Positions 1 to 9,260 of a stretch of 64,000 nt of DNA are shown one piece after another (the stretch's first letter is position 1; the number at the start of each line of letters is the position of its first letter). The DNA is taken from NCBI GenBank assembly GCA_046538485.1, contig JBKHIT010000012.1:26415-90414 (forward strand), written 5' to 3'. Under the pieces are notes generated by a model that made no database searches, was not told the DNA's origin, and saw only the letters and a list, made by a program, of their open reading frames with translations. The position numbers were made by a program, and so were the translations under genes. The stretch comes from Candidatus Brocadiia bacterium. Lineage in GTDB: Bacteria; Planctomycetota; Brocadiia; SM23-32.

Positions 1-275
1 CTCTCGTAGAGCTCCTCCAGCGCATTCTCCAGTCCCTGCTTCAGCACTAAAGAACGCAACCTGGAAAAATCAATCCCGGCCGCACGCAACAGCGGCAGAT
101 AGGGACTCCGCGAATAGCCGAATATACCCTTCCTGGCGAGACGAAGAAAGAGTTCCTCTCGGTGTGCCAGTCTCCATCTGACCGCCTTCTGTGCCTGCGA
201 AACGGTTATACGTTTGCGAAGGAAAGGACCCAGACCGAAACCGAAACGGCCGTACATAAGTATGCGCTTCAACAC
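1..275 (-). CDS. Partial gene (runs off window edge); hypothetical protein, possibly distantly PaaK/CapK-like
   Basis: Open frame from GTG at 275 with AGAGGA SD: MLKRILMYGRFGFGLGPFLRKRITVSQAQKAVRWRLAHREELFLRLARKGIFGYSRSPYLPLL...; not in the ORF track because it has no stop in the window. Confidence 0.7.
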   Translation of the reverse strand, partial: MLKRILMYGRFGFGLGPFLRKRITVSQAQKAVRWRLAHREELFLRLARKGIFGYSRSPYLPLLRAAGIDFSRLRSLVLKQGLENALEELYE

Positions 276-365
276 ATCAATCCTCTGAAAATCTCGTCGG
301 GACCCGTTACCGTGCCGTTTCCTCCGTGACCTCCCGCATGAAGCGAAACATGCAAGAAAACTCTC

Positions 366-482
366 ATTATACAGCAGGATACCGGGACCTCCAACCGTTT
401 GCTGGCATATTGCCATTCGGAGGGTTTTAAAACCGCCTCAACACATCACGCCTGTTGACAAATGACCGTGTAAGGTTATCCT
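366..482. promoter_or_regulatory. Divergent sigma70-like promoters
   Basis: + strand TTGACA (455-460), N16, TATCCT; - strand TTGGAG, N17, TATAAT (371-366). Confidence 0.45.
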
Positions 483-528
483 CTTTTTTGAGCATACAAA
501 TTTGAGTCAGTTAATCAGGTGGCTTGAC

Positions 529-1827
529 ATGAAACCTGCACATCTATGGGCCGCCAGAGCTCTCATTGGCCTATCACCACCATCGCCTGAAAAGATACAT
601 CAGATCCAGGAACGCGCCCTTCGCCAACTCGTCCAACATGCCTATCATCGTGTGCCTTTCTACCGCCGGCTGTTCGACAACCACGGTATATCCCCAAAGG
701 ATATCAGGAAACTTGAGGACCTTCCTCGCCTGCCAATCTCGTCACGGAAAAAACTCCAAAACACAAGCCTCTCTGATCGAATCGCGGATGGTATCGACCC
801 TGCCAGTCTCCGTCGCGTAAAGACCAGTGGTTCAACCGGTCAGCCGCTGACGATCTGCAAAACGTCCATAGAAAAGCGGCTCTTCTGGTGTTACTGGAAT
901 CGGGCCTTTCACCATTTCGGCGGATCTCTCACCGATCGGCGTACAGGTATTTCAGTGCCCCATCACCATCACCAACGCAACCTGCTGAAACCTCTGATAA
1001 AGGCGATGGGTATAATGCGGAGCGAACAGATCAATTGCTGCAAGCCCACAAAAGAAATTATGGCCCAGCTCCGCCGCTCCGAATTCGACATCCTGGTCGG
1101 GATGCCGGGTATGATCTATCACCTGGCCGATCGTACCACGAAAAAAGATCGACAGGCCATCCGGCCGAAATATGTGGAGCTCGGCGGTGATACGCTCACC
1201 AAACCCATGCGGCAGCGTATCAGCAAGACCTTCGGCGCCCCGGTCCGGCTCACTTACGGGAGCCATGAACTATCTCTTATCGCCTGGGAATGCACCGAGA
1301 CGGGCAAGATGCATACCTGCGACGATGCCTTAATCGTGGAAATCCTCAAAGACGGGCGTCCCGCAAAACCCGGTGAAACGGGCGAATTAGTCGCTACGAA
1401 CCTGATCTCCTACGCGATGCCGTTTATCCGCTACCGCCAGGGTGATCTCGTGACCCAGGGTTCCCCCAAATGCCCCTGCGGCGCGCCCTTTGGAACAATC
1501 AAGAAGGTGAAAGGCCGGGTTGTCGACTACATCAAGCTGCCCGGAGGGCAGATGCTGCACCCTTTTACCATAATCGGACCGGTCGTATACGAGGCAGGGT
1601 GGGTGGCCAAATACCAAATCGTGCAACACAGCCTCAACTCTGTGTCAATCTTGATTCGGCCACTGCGACAACCACGAAAAAACGAATTAGAAACCCTTGA
1701 AAGAGCTGTCAGAAAAGCTTTGCAAAACAAACTGCGTTTCAAAATTAAACTCGTCGACAAAATTGCGCAAATCCCGGGCGAAAAATACAGGCTTGTTCGC
1801 TCGGAGTTGACCGATGGCTCAACATAA
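529..1827 (+). CDS. Phenylacetate-CoA ligase (PaaK/CapK)-family AMP-binding protein, copy 1
   Basis: HAYHRVPFY, TSGSTGQP P-loop, YGSHE, MPFIRYRQGD, GRVVD motifs; ATG at 529 chosen by colinearity with the paralog (ORF track opens at 502). Confidence 0.9.
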   Translation: MKPAHLWAARALIGLSPPSPEKIHQIQERALRQLVQHAYHRVPFYRRLFDNHGISPKDIRKLEDLPRLPISSRKKLQNTSLSDRIADGIDPASLRRVKTSGSTGQPLTICKTSIEKRLFWCYWNRAFHHFGGSLTDRRTGISVPHHHHQRNLLKPLIKAMGIMRSEQINCCKPTKEIMAQLRRSEFDILVGMPGMIYHLADRTTKKDRQAIRPKYVELGGDTLTKPMRQRISKTFGAPVRLTYGSHELSLIAWECTETGKMHTCDDALIVEILKDGRPAKPGETGELVATNLISYAMPFIRYRQGDLVTQGSPKCPCGAPFGTIKKVKGRVVDYIKLPGGQMLHPFTIIGPVVYEAGWVAKYQIVQHSLNSVSILIRPLRQPRKNELETLERAVRKALQNKLRFKIKLVDKIAQIPGEKYRLVRSELTDGST

Positions 1828-1895
1828 AAAACAAGAAATCCCCCTTTGAAACCGGTGGTAAAAAGCTGGCAACGGACGAGACATCCAAAGAGACG

Positions 1896-3257
1896 ATGCG
1901 AGTGCATAGACTCCCCCTCATCGGGCGGATACTGCGCTCCCCTCCTCCGTCCATCCTCATTCATGACCTCTACCCGCTCCCCAGTATTCGGCACGGTTCT
2001 TCTCCGGCCGCCGGGTGGCAAAGTTTTGATCAAAGGGCTCTTCTACTGGCACGTGAAGGTGATATTATCTGTCTGGGAACGCATCCCGATCCCCATTTTC
2101 TCGACTACCTGAAGGAATTCGATTTTGGGCCGGACAACGAAAACATTTTGGTGCTCAACAAGGGGACGCATCAGAAAACCGGTAAAGATCTTGCCGCAGA
2201 ACTTCTCAGCAACCCCGGATGCCTGGAACGCCTCTTCAGGTGCCTCCAGGGAACCACAAAGGCCGAAATCTGCCCGTATTTTCCTGCGGAATCCCACTTC
2301 GAACTCGCTCAATTGTTGCGGGACACAGGGGGCATTTCGGCCTCAGTTCAGGCCGCTCGTCCAGAAGTTGCGCGCACTGCCGCCGACAAAAGCGTTGTCA
2401 GAAAGGCTGCCCGAGATATGCAAGTTCCCCTTGCACCAGGGGCAATAGTGCGCACATCGCCGGAGAAAATTGGTCCCCTCAACGAAGCTGTGCATGAAAT
2501 GGCCCGCCAGACCGGCAGGGTCCTGCTGCGGGGCACAATCGGTGCTGGAGGGAGTACGACTTTCCTTCTCGAAGAGAACATCCCCGATCTGCAAAAAGTG
2601 ATCTCAAAAGCCAAACAGACCCCTGATGCATGGCTCGTCGACGTGCACTATAAAATTCGCTGTTCCCCCAACATAGAATTCTTCCTCAATCAGAAATCGG
2701 GAAAAGCCACCTGCGTGGGCGTGACCGATCAACGTTTCGATGACAAACTGAACCACCTCGGCAACGCATGGCCGTCCCGAGCGCACACTATGCCTGATAT
2801 GGTAAAAGCAGGCGCTCGCATGGCTGACTGGTATCTGAATATGGGCGGTAAAGGTTTAGTGGGGATGGATTTTGTGGAATATGAGAACCCCAAAACCGGA
2901 CAAATACAGTTCTTGCTGGCCGAATTGAACCCGCGGATCAACGCAGCAACGTATCCACTGGCAATCGTCGAGCGCCTGAACCACCATCGAAAGAACCAAG
3001 GTCTCCACCCCATAAAAACCTTTTTCTCGGGACACATCGCAACCGGATGCAAAGATTTCAACGATCTGAGAAAGCGTATCGAAACGGTTCTTTACAGGCC
3101 GAATAGCCAGAGCGGTCTCTTTCCTTACAACACAGGTGCCCTCTTTGACGGGCACTTCGGGGCGGTTATATGCGCCACTGACAGGAAAGAAGGTGAAGCG
3201 ATCCTGAAAGAAACGGTCCAACGCGCGAAACCCATGTCAGAAAATCAGGAGCTTTGA
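1896..3257 (+). CDS. ATP-grasp ligase (pre-ATP-grasp / peptide-ligase-like)
   Basis: ADKS..R, GAGGSTT loop, GLVGMDFV, AELNPRINAATYP C-terminal ATP-grasp motif. Confidence 0.75.
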   Translation: MRVHRLPLIGRILRSPPPSILIHDLYPLPSIRHGSSPAAGWQSFDQRALLLAREGDIICLGTHPDPHFLDYLKEFDFGPDNENILVLNKGTHQKTGKDLAAELLSNPGCLERLFRCLQGTTKAEICPYFPAESHFELAQLLRDTGGISASVQAARPEVARTAADKSVVRKAARDMQVPLAPGAIVRTSPEKIGPLNEAVHEMARQTGRVLLRGTIGAGGSTTFLLEENIPDLQKVISKAKQTPDAWLVDVHYKIRCSPNIEFFLNQKSGKATCVGVTDQRFDDKLNHLGNAWPSRAHTMPDMVKAGARMADWYLNMGGKGLVGMDFVEYENPKTGQIQFLLAELNPRINAATYPLAIVERLNHHRKNQGLHPIKTFFSGHIATGCKDFNDLRKRIETVLYRPNSQSGLFPYNTGALFDGHFGAVICATDRKEGEAILKETVQRAKPMSENQEL

Positions 3258-3258
3258 T

Positions 3259-4569
3259 ATGAAATCAGCACATTTGTTCGCCGCAAGGGCTCTTATGGGC
3301 CTGCCGCCCCCATCACCTGAAAAAATACGTCAGATCCAGGAACGCGCCCTGCGTCAGCTCGTCCAGCATGCTTACCACCGTGTGCCCTTCTACCGCCAGC
3401 TGTTCGACAATCACGGTGTCTCGCCGAAGAATATCAGAAGTCTTGAGGACCTCCATCGTCTGCCTGTTATCTCACGGAAAGACCTGCAGCAAACAGACAT
3501 GCCCAGCAGGATCGCGGAAGGCGTCGACATTGAAAAACTCTTTATCGAAAGAACAAGCGGTTCAAGCGGGGAACCTTTGACGGTTCTCAATACGTATCTG
3601 GAGCGTCGTCTCTTTTTCGGATACTATACCCGCGTTCGTCGCCATTTCGGTTTAAGAGCAACCGATTCTCTTGTCTCCATTACAATACCTCCGTGCGTGC
3701 CAGATGTATGCCTGCCAAAACGCCTGGCCCACTGGCTGAATCTGTATCGGAACAAAAGCATCAACGCCCTCCAACCGACCCGAGATATCCTGCGAATTAT
3801 GCGCAAGCATCAAATCGATATCTTAGCGGGGATGCCAACCGCGCTTCACGAACTGGCCATTCATGCCACAAGGGAGGATCAGCAGGCGATCCGTCCGAAA
3901 TGCATCCAATCAGGCGGTGATACGCTGACACCTTCCGTGCAAAAACGCTTGCGGGAAGTCTTCCGCGCACCGGTCCGGCAGGCCTACGGAAGTCATGAAT
4001 TCAAGCTCATTGCCTGGGAATGCACCGAGACCGGCGAGATGCACACCTGCGATGACGCTCTGATTGTAGAAATCCTAAAAGACGGGCGCCCCGCAAAACC
4101 CGGTGAAACGGGTGAATTGGTCGCGACGAACCTGATTTCCTATGCAATGCCCTTCATCCGCTACCGTCTGGGTGATCTCGTGACCCAGGGTTCCCCCAAA
4201 TGCTCCTGCGGCGCCCCGTTTGGAACCCTCCGGAAGGTGGAAGGGCGGGCGATGGACTACCTTAAACTCCCTGGAGGGCAGAAACTCCATCCCTACGTCG
4301 TGCTCTCACCGATCCTCTACGAAACCGATTGGGTCGCGAAATACCAGATCGTCCAGCACAGCCTGAAATCGGCCACCATGTTGATCCAACCGCTACGCGA
4401 ACCGTCCGAGGCCGAAGTAAGAAAAAGCGAAACACGGGTCAGGAAGGCCCTGGCGGGAGCTCTGGATTTCAAAATAAAAATCGTGGGCAACATACCGCCG
4501 AATCCAGGCGGTAAACACCGAATCCTGCGCTTCGAACCGGACAATAAGCCCAAAAGTGCCAGCCAGTAA
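3259..4569 (+). CDS. PaaK/CapK-family AMP-binding protein, copy 2
   Basis: TSGSSGEP, YGSHE, MPFIRYRLGD; colinear paralog of 529-1827 (offset 2730 bp). Confidence 0.9.
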   Translation: MKSAHLFAARALMGLPPPSPEKIRQIQERALRQLVQHAYHRVPFYRQLFDNHGVSPKNIRSLEDLHRLPVISRKDLQQTDMPSRIAEGVDIEKLFIERTSGSSGEPLTVLNTYLERRLFFGYYTRVRRHFGLRATDSLVSITIPPCVPDVCLPKRLAHWLNLYRNKSINALQPTRDILRIMRKHQIDILAGMPTALHELAIHATREDQQAIRPKCIQSGGDTLTPSVQKRLREVFRAPVRQAYGSHEFKLIAWECTETGEMHTCDDALIVEILKDGRPAKPGETGELVATNLISYAMPFIRYRLGDLVTQGSPKCSCGAPFGTLRKVEGRAMDYLKLPGGQKLHPYVVLSPILYETDWVAKYQIVQHSLKSATMLIQPLREPSEAEVRKSETRVRKALAGALDFKIKIVGNIPPNPGGKHRILRFEPDNKPKSASQ

Positions 4570-4626
4570 AGGCCATAGCTGACTTCACTGGATCTATGTC
4601 CGCAACATTGAAAATCTCCGCCTTTT

Positions 4627-5268
4627 TTATTTTTTCTCATCGTGCATTTTGCGCCGCACTCCCTTGAAACACAACACACGCCAGAGGACCAACTTGGCTG
4701 TTTTCTCGTAGCCCGCCTTCACCATAGCAGCCCTTGCGGATTGGGTATCAGCCAGAACGACCGACCAGATCCTCCCGTAACCAGCGTCTTTTGCCCTTTT
4801 CATTGCCTCGGCCGCAATCGCCGAACCAATTCCGCGTCCACGATATTGCGGATGGACAAACACGCCCGTCACCCAGGCATCGGTGGACTCAACATCCAGG
4901 GCTTTTTGTAATACAGGATCCCGTTTCGGCAGGTGGTCGATGACGCAGGCAAACGCCACAATATTACCCTGTCCCACGGCCACCAGAGGGATGCCCTCTC
5001 CCCCGGTTAGCCGGTGAAGTGTGGCAGAGCTGCGCCAAAACTTATGGGCGGACAACATCCGGTGCAAAAACTCAACATCTTCCGGCACACCTTTGCGAAA
5101 TTCAAAGCCTCCGGGCAGGGGACGATTTGGAATCGGATCATGCAGAGAGCGCATCATTAGAATCATCCGTTCCCGCCGGTAGATAAAATGCCAGATAAAA
5201 GATTTTATGAAGGCAAGAAGTCCATTGACCTTCAGATAGTCGGCGATTTCATTGAATTCATACCTCAT
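4627..5268 (-). CDS. GNAT family N-acetyltransferase
   Basis: VFVHPQYRGRGIG acetyl-CoA motif A. Confidence 0.85.
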   Translation of the reverse strand: MRYEFNEIADYLKVNGLLAFIKSFIWHFIYRRERMILMMRSLHDPIPNRPLPGGFEFRKGVPEDVEFLHRMLSAHKFWRSSATLHRLTGGEGIPLVAVGQGNIVAFACVIDHLPKRDPVLQKALDVESTDAWVTGVFVHPQYRGRGIGSAIAAEAMKRAKDAGYGRIWSVVLADTQSARAAMVKAGYEKTAKLVLWRVLCFKGVRRKMHDEKK

Positions 5269-5379
5269 AATTCAGCATCACTCACAGGAAACATATCTAC
5301 ATATTGAGATATCGAGTCGGCCCCCACTCTAACTGAACCCACTCTGGTTAGCAGAGAAACTGGATCAGAATATCCACTT

Positions 5380-7236
5380 CTACTCGGTCCGGGATGGGCC
5401 ATAGAGCTTATGCCAGCGACCGAATGTGATCAGGCAGCGCAGCGGAGCGACATGATTCTTTTTCCGGCTCATATGTTCTTCCACCATTTGCTTTGCTCGA
5501 TCAATATCAATGATGTCAGGCGGAAACGATTCCTCGTCCGCCAGCATCTCCGTCAACAATCGCCGAAACGCAGGGGTGCGGAGCTCTTCGGACCTGTCCG
5601 GCCACCCCATATTGCGCCACGTCACAGGAATCAGTCCCAGTTTTCTCCGCAGGCTCAAAGAAGCTTCCTCCACCGCCCTGAACATCCAACCTATGAACGC
5701 CGGAACGTCCGGTCGAAACCCCGTGTTAGAATCGGGTATGGCAAACAACCGTCCGTCGAGCAATCGGAGGGCCTGTCGCAGCAGACGACCATCCATTCTC
5801 TGACTCAACGGCAGTGCAAACGCAAACTCCCATAAGTCGCTATCAAAGCTCAAGGCCCCGTATTCAACGGCCTTGCGCACGCTGCGCAAACCTGAAAGAG
5901 TCCGTCCGTAAGCCGCCAATCCACTCACATGCTCCACCAGGTGATAGGGATCATCCGTGCCGGCATCTTTTATCTGCTCACCGATGCCTGCCAGAATTGC
6001 GTCGTAATAACGCCCACGAAACGGTTCACGAAATAAAAGCCACGGCCGGGCACCGAAGGTGCTCTTCAGACTCCCGTGAAGGATCTGCTCTTCAATGTTG
6101 CGCCGACTGAATGTCGCGCGAGCCGGTAACGGAATCCGCAATCCCCTGGGACGGACAAAAGCCCCCCAATAATAGCCCCTAAAAAGCGGGTCCATCGCAT
6201 CTTCGTTCAATACAAGGTCGCAATCTTCCGAAATAATGTCGAGAAAACCCGGGAAATGGCAGGTGTCAAAACGTTCCATCCCGCCCGTGAGTTCAATCGC
6301 TTCATCCAGAATCGAAGAATAGTAATCGGCCGGGCGGCGGATAAACGTATGCTCCCCCCCCCCACCCGCCGCCACGCGCCGGGCCAGTCGGACTTCGCGG
6401 CAGTTCCAGTCGGCCACAGTGTAAGCCGAAAGAGGCGTCTGGCAGGCGGCCACAACCAATCGGGAATCCAGACCACCACTTAACAACAATCCCGTGTTCC
6501 GCCACCGAGCGGTAATCCTTTCAGCCGCGCGGCGAAGGAGATGAGCCAGTTTCTCCGCCCGATCTGTCTCCGACTGTTCGTAAGACCCGTATGGAATTCG
6601 CCAGTACTTCCGGAGGTTCAGATGCCCGCCCCTGAACTCCAGGACAGACGCCGGCTTCATACACCGTATTTCTTTCAAAAGGGTGTGGCGAAACTGCACG
6701 TGCTGGAATGTCAACAACTGGGCAAGAGCTGTCATGTCCAATTGCCGATTCTCCAGCGCGGGAGATACCGCAAGCGCATTAAACCGTGAACCAAAAAGCA
6801 AACCAGCGGAGGTTTCAGCATAAAACATGGGACGCGACAGTATCCGATCCGTTACAAGCAAGAAACTTCGCGCGGCCGAATCGTATATGGCTATTGAGTA
6901 GGAACCGTTCAACGACGGAAAACAGCCCTCCCCTTCCTGTTCGTAAAGGTGTAAAAGGTGTTCGGCATCATTTTTCTCCTGGCAATCCGCAGTTTTATCC
7001 GGATCTTCGGGCAACAGATAACCATCGAGGTATACACATAAGGCGCCGTTTTCGCTTCGAGCTGGCTGGAGGCCATTGTCAGGTTTCCCGTGATGAAAAT
7101 GCAGTACTCCAACTCCGGCTTCTTCGGACCTGTCACATTGAAAGCTGCAACTTTCAGCAATATGGTTCTCCATTGTGTCAAGAACCCGCCTGGTCGTTTG
7201 CGAGTCAGCGCCGGCTATACCCATCAGTTCGGCCAT
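5380..7236 (-). CDS. Asparagine synthase-related amide ligase lacking the N-terminal catalytic Cys
   Basis: LNGSYSIAIYD, TDRILSRPMFY Ntn-like domain; LLSGGLDSR PP-loop; starts MAELMGI, not MCGI. Confidence 0.85.
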   Translation of the reverse strand: MAELMGIAGADSQTTRRVLDTMENHIAESCSFQCDRSEEAGVGVLHFHHGKPDNGLQPARSENGALCVYLDGYLLPEDPDKTADCQEKNDAEHLLHLYEQEGEGCFPSLNGSYSIAIYDSAARSFLLVTDRILSRPMFYAETSAGLLFGSRFNALAVSPALENRQLDMTALAQLLTFQHVQFRHTLLKEIRCMKPASVLEFRGGHLNLRKYWRIPYGSYEQSETDRAEKLAHLLRRAAERITARWRNTGLLLSGGLDSRLVVAACQTPLSAYTVADWNCREVRLARRVAAGGGGEHTFIRRPADYYSSILDEAIELTGGMERFDTCHFPGFLDIISEDCDLVLNEDAMDPLFRGYYWGAFVRPRGLRIPLPARATFSRRNIEEQILHGSLKSTFGARPWLLFREPFRGRYYDAILAGIGEQIKDAGTDDPYHLVEHVSGLAAYGRTLSGLRSVRKAVEYGALSFDSDLWEFAFALPLSQRMDGRLLRQALRLLDGRLFAIPDSNTGFRPDVPAFIGWMFRAVEEASLSLRRKLGLIPVTWRNMGWPDRSEELRTPAFRRLLTEMLADEESFPPDIIDIDRAKQMVEEHMSRKKNHVAPLRCLITFGRWHKLYGPSRTE

Positions 7237-7322
7237 CGTCGGTCCTCTTTCTCAGTGTCTCCAAAAGCAAATAAACCCATCTTTTGCTCGCAAACGATAA
7301 AACCTGCCCGCCGTATCGTCCG

Positions 7323-8372
7323 TCAGCAACTGGACATCTTGTCTGCTAAAGTTTTCCCCGTTGCCACCTTTTCAATCATAGCCGTCACGTCAATCTTCTC
7401 GGACAAAAGGTTCTCGCGCCGGTCCGTGTAGGTCCGAGAGCCCACACACCTGAGAGCCTCCTTCGCCGCATACAACGCATCGTCAAACTGAGGAGGACGA
7501 AAATTATACACAAGCCCATATGAATCTTCCTGCTCATGCAAATAGCCCATCTGAAGGGGATTGACATATACTGCCGGCACCCCCAGTACTGCCGCCTCAG
7601 AACTCATGGTCCCACTTTCGCCAAAAACAAGACTGGAAAAAGCAATTACATCGTGAATCTGTGAAAGGGCCGTCGGCAAAAGCAGAGGTTTGAAATCGGG
7701 GGGGACCTCACCTTCGATGGATAGAAACACCCGGGCTTCCTTACGAAGCTCCTCGATCGCTCTGCGTTTCTGCGAATCTCTAAGGCCCTCATACCCGGCG
7801 TCGTGGGCAGCTCCCCAGCTCACAAACCGCAAAAGAACGTACTGTTCGTCCTTCCCGACATTCAGATCGTTCAACACAGAGGGATCGGGCGTAAAATAAT
7901 TGGGATGCAAATAGGCCAAAGTGTGATAGCCGGGATAGCATCTGTACCGCCAGCGAATGGGTTTATTATAACATTCAGGAATGTGAATACACGTCGCAAA
8001 AGGATAGGCCAGCATATTCGAAAGCGTGGCATGTTCGGTATCATAAAAAACGTGCGTCGGAGTACCGGTCAGGAACCCGATCAGGCTGACGCAGGTCCCT
8101 GCTCCAGCCAGCATCCGGTCCGGTTTCCAGCGGCGCACAATTTTCCACAACTTCCACCAGCGATACAATAATTCGCCTCCCAGATTGAACAACCCCGGCT
8201 TGGCGCGTCCGAAAATTTCCACTTGCAAATCATATTCTTCCGCAAGCATGACAAGTATATCCTTGTCACGTCCCGTAAGTTTCACGGCGTGGCCCTGCCC
8301 CCGTAATCGTTCTATCACATTGCGGAAAAAGTGGACATGAGCCGGATGTTGGAAGTCGATGAGTACTTTCAT
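7323..8372 (-). CDS. DUF354 family protein (putative GT-B glycosyltransferase)
   Basis: MKVLIDFQHPAHVHFF, LAYLHPNYFTPD, GESGTMSSEAAVLGVPA; ATG at 8372. Confidence 0.85.
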   Translation of the reverse strand: MKVLIDFQHPAHVHFFRNVIERLRGQGHAVKLTGRDKDILVMLAEEYDLQVEIFGRAKPGLFNLGGELLYRWWKLWKIVRRWKPDRMLAGAGTCVSLIGFLTGTPTHVFYDTEHATLSNMLAYPFATCIHIPECYNKPIRWRYRCYPGYHTLAYLHPNYFTPDPSVLNDLNVGKDEQYVLLRFVSWGAAHDAGYEGLRDSQKRRAIEELRKEARVFLSIEGEVPPDFKPLLLPTALSQIHDVIAFSSLVFGESGTMSSEAAVLGVPAVYVNPLQMGYLHEQEDSYGLVYNFRPPQFDDALYAAKEALRCVGSRTYTDRRENLLSEKIDVTAMIEKVATGKTLADKMSSC

Positions 8373-8394
8373 TGGGGTTTCAGAAGGCAACCAT

Positions 8395-8937
8395 TCAATT
8401 TTTGCTGGACGCTTGTGTTTTTTTGCCCGCAATAAATTCACGCGCCGCGTCAGTACTGTAGGCTCGGAATCCGCTTGCAGCATCCTCCACATATATACCC
8501 GCGCAACGGCTTACAACCCAAGAGCCAAAACGTTGCAATCGTTTTTTAATCCCTGGAAAATGGCCAATATCCTCGATCGGCCGCGCACCGATCACAATCT
8601 CTGCCTCCCTGTCAAGAATCGGTTGCACAAGCTTCGGAATATCCTGACCGCAGTACTGGTTATCCCCGTCAGTGTTCACAATGATGCCAGCACCTGCCAC
8701 AATGCAAGCTTCCAGCCCCATGGCCCACGCATTGGCAAGCCCTTTGTTAATCCCGAGATCAAGAATATGGTCAACCCCCTGCTCCCGGGCAACCTCGAGG
8801 GTGGAATCAGTACTCCCATCGTTAATCACCAGTGTCTCAATTTCATCAATCCCCGGGATTTTCTCTGGCAAGTCCGCAAAAGTTACCGGAAGGGTTTTCT
8901 CCTCGTTATAACAGGGGATCTGTATGATCAGTTTCAT
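8395..8937 (-). pseudogene. GT2 (DPM-synthase-like) glycosyltransferase, C-terminally truncated
   Basis: MKLIIQIPCYNEE, INDGSTD, NTDGDNQY, SGFRAYS, then a short unrelated tail; 180 aa, shorter than usual for this family. Confidence 0.7.
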
Positions 8938-9260
8938 TAAAGGTTCCCCTTACGACTGACTAATGGAGTAGGGTAACACAAGTTTAGCAACAGATACCGA
9001 TCCTTTGCAAATACCGATGCACAAAGCGGACAGATAACAAAAAGTGCTTATTTCCCCTCTGTCACACCAAAATTTCCCGGTCGCGATTGGTGAATTCTCT
9101 CCGCGCCTTATGACAACCGTTCGAGAAGAAGCAAAATATCGACTCTGCACCAACCTTTAGCCCGCAGCCTTGTGGAATGCGCCCCTTGCCAGATATCTGA
9201 AGAATTGTTATCCTCCATCTCCTGTGACCGTTATCACTAAAAAATTATTCCTTCAAAATA

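Noticed and set aside
1282..4226. DGR template/variable repeat pair in the PaaK paralogs
   Set aside because: Differences are mostly synonymous and not adenine-specific; no reverse transcriptase in the window
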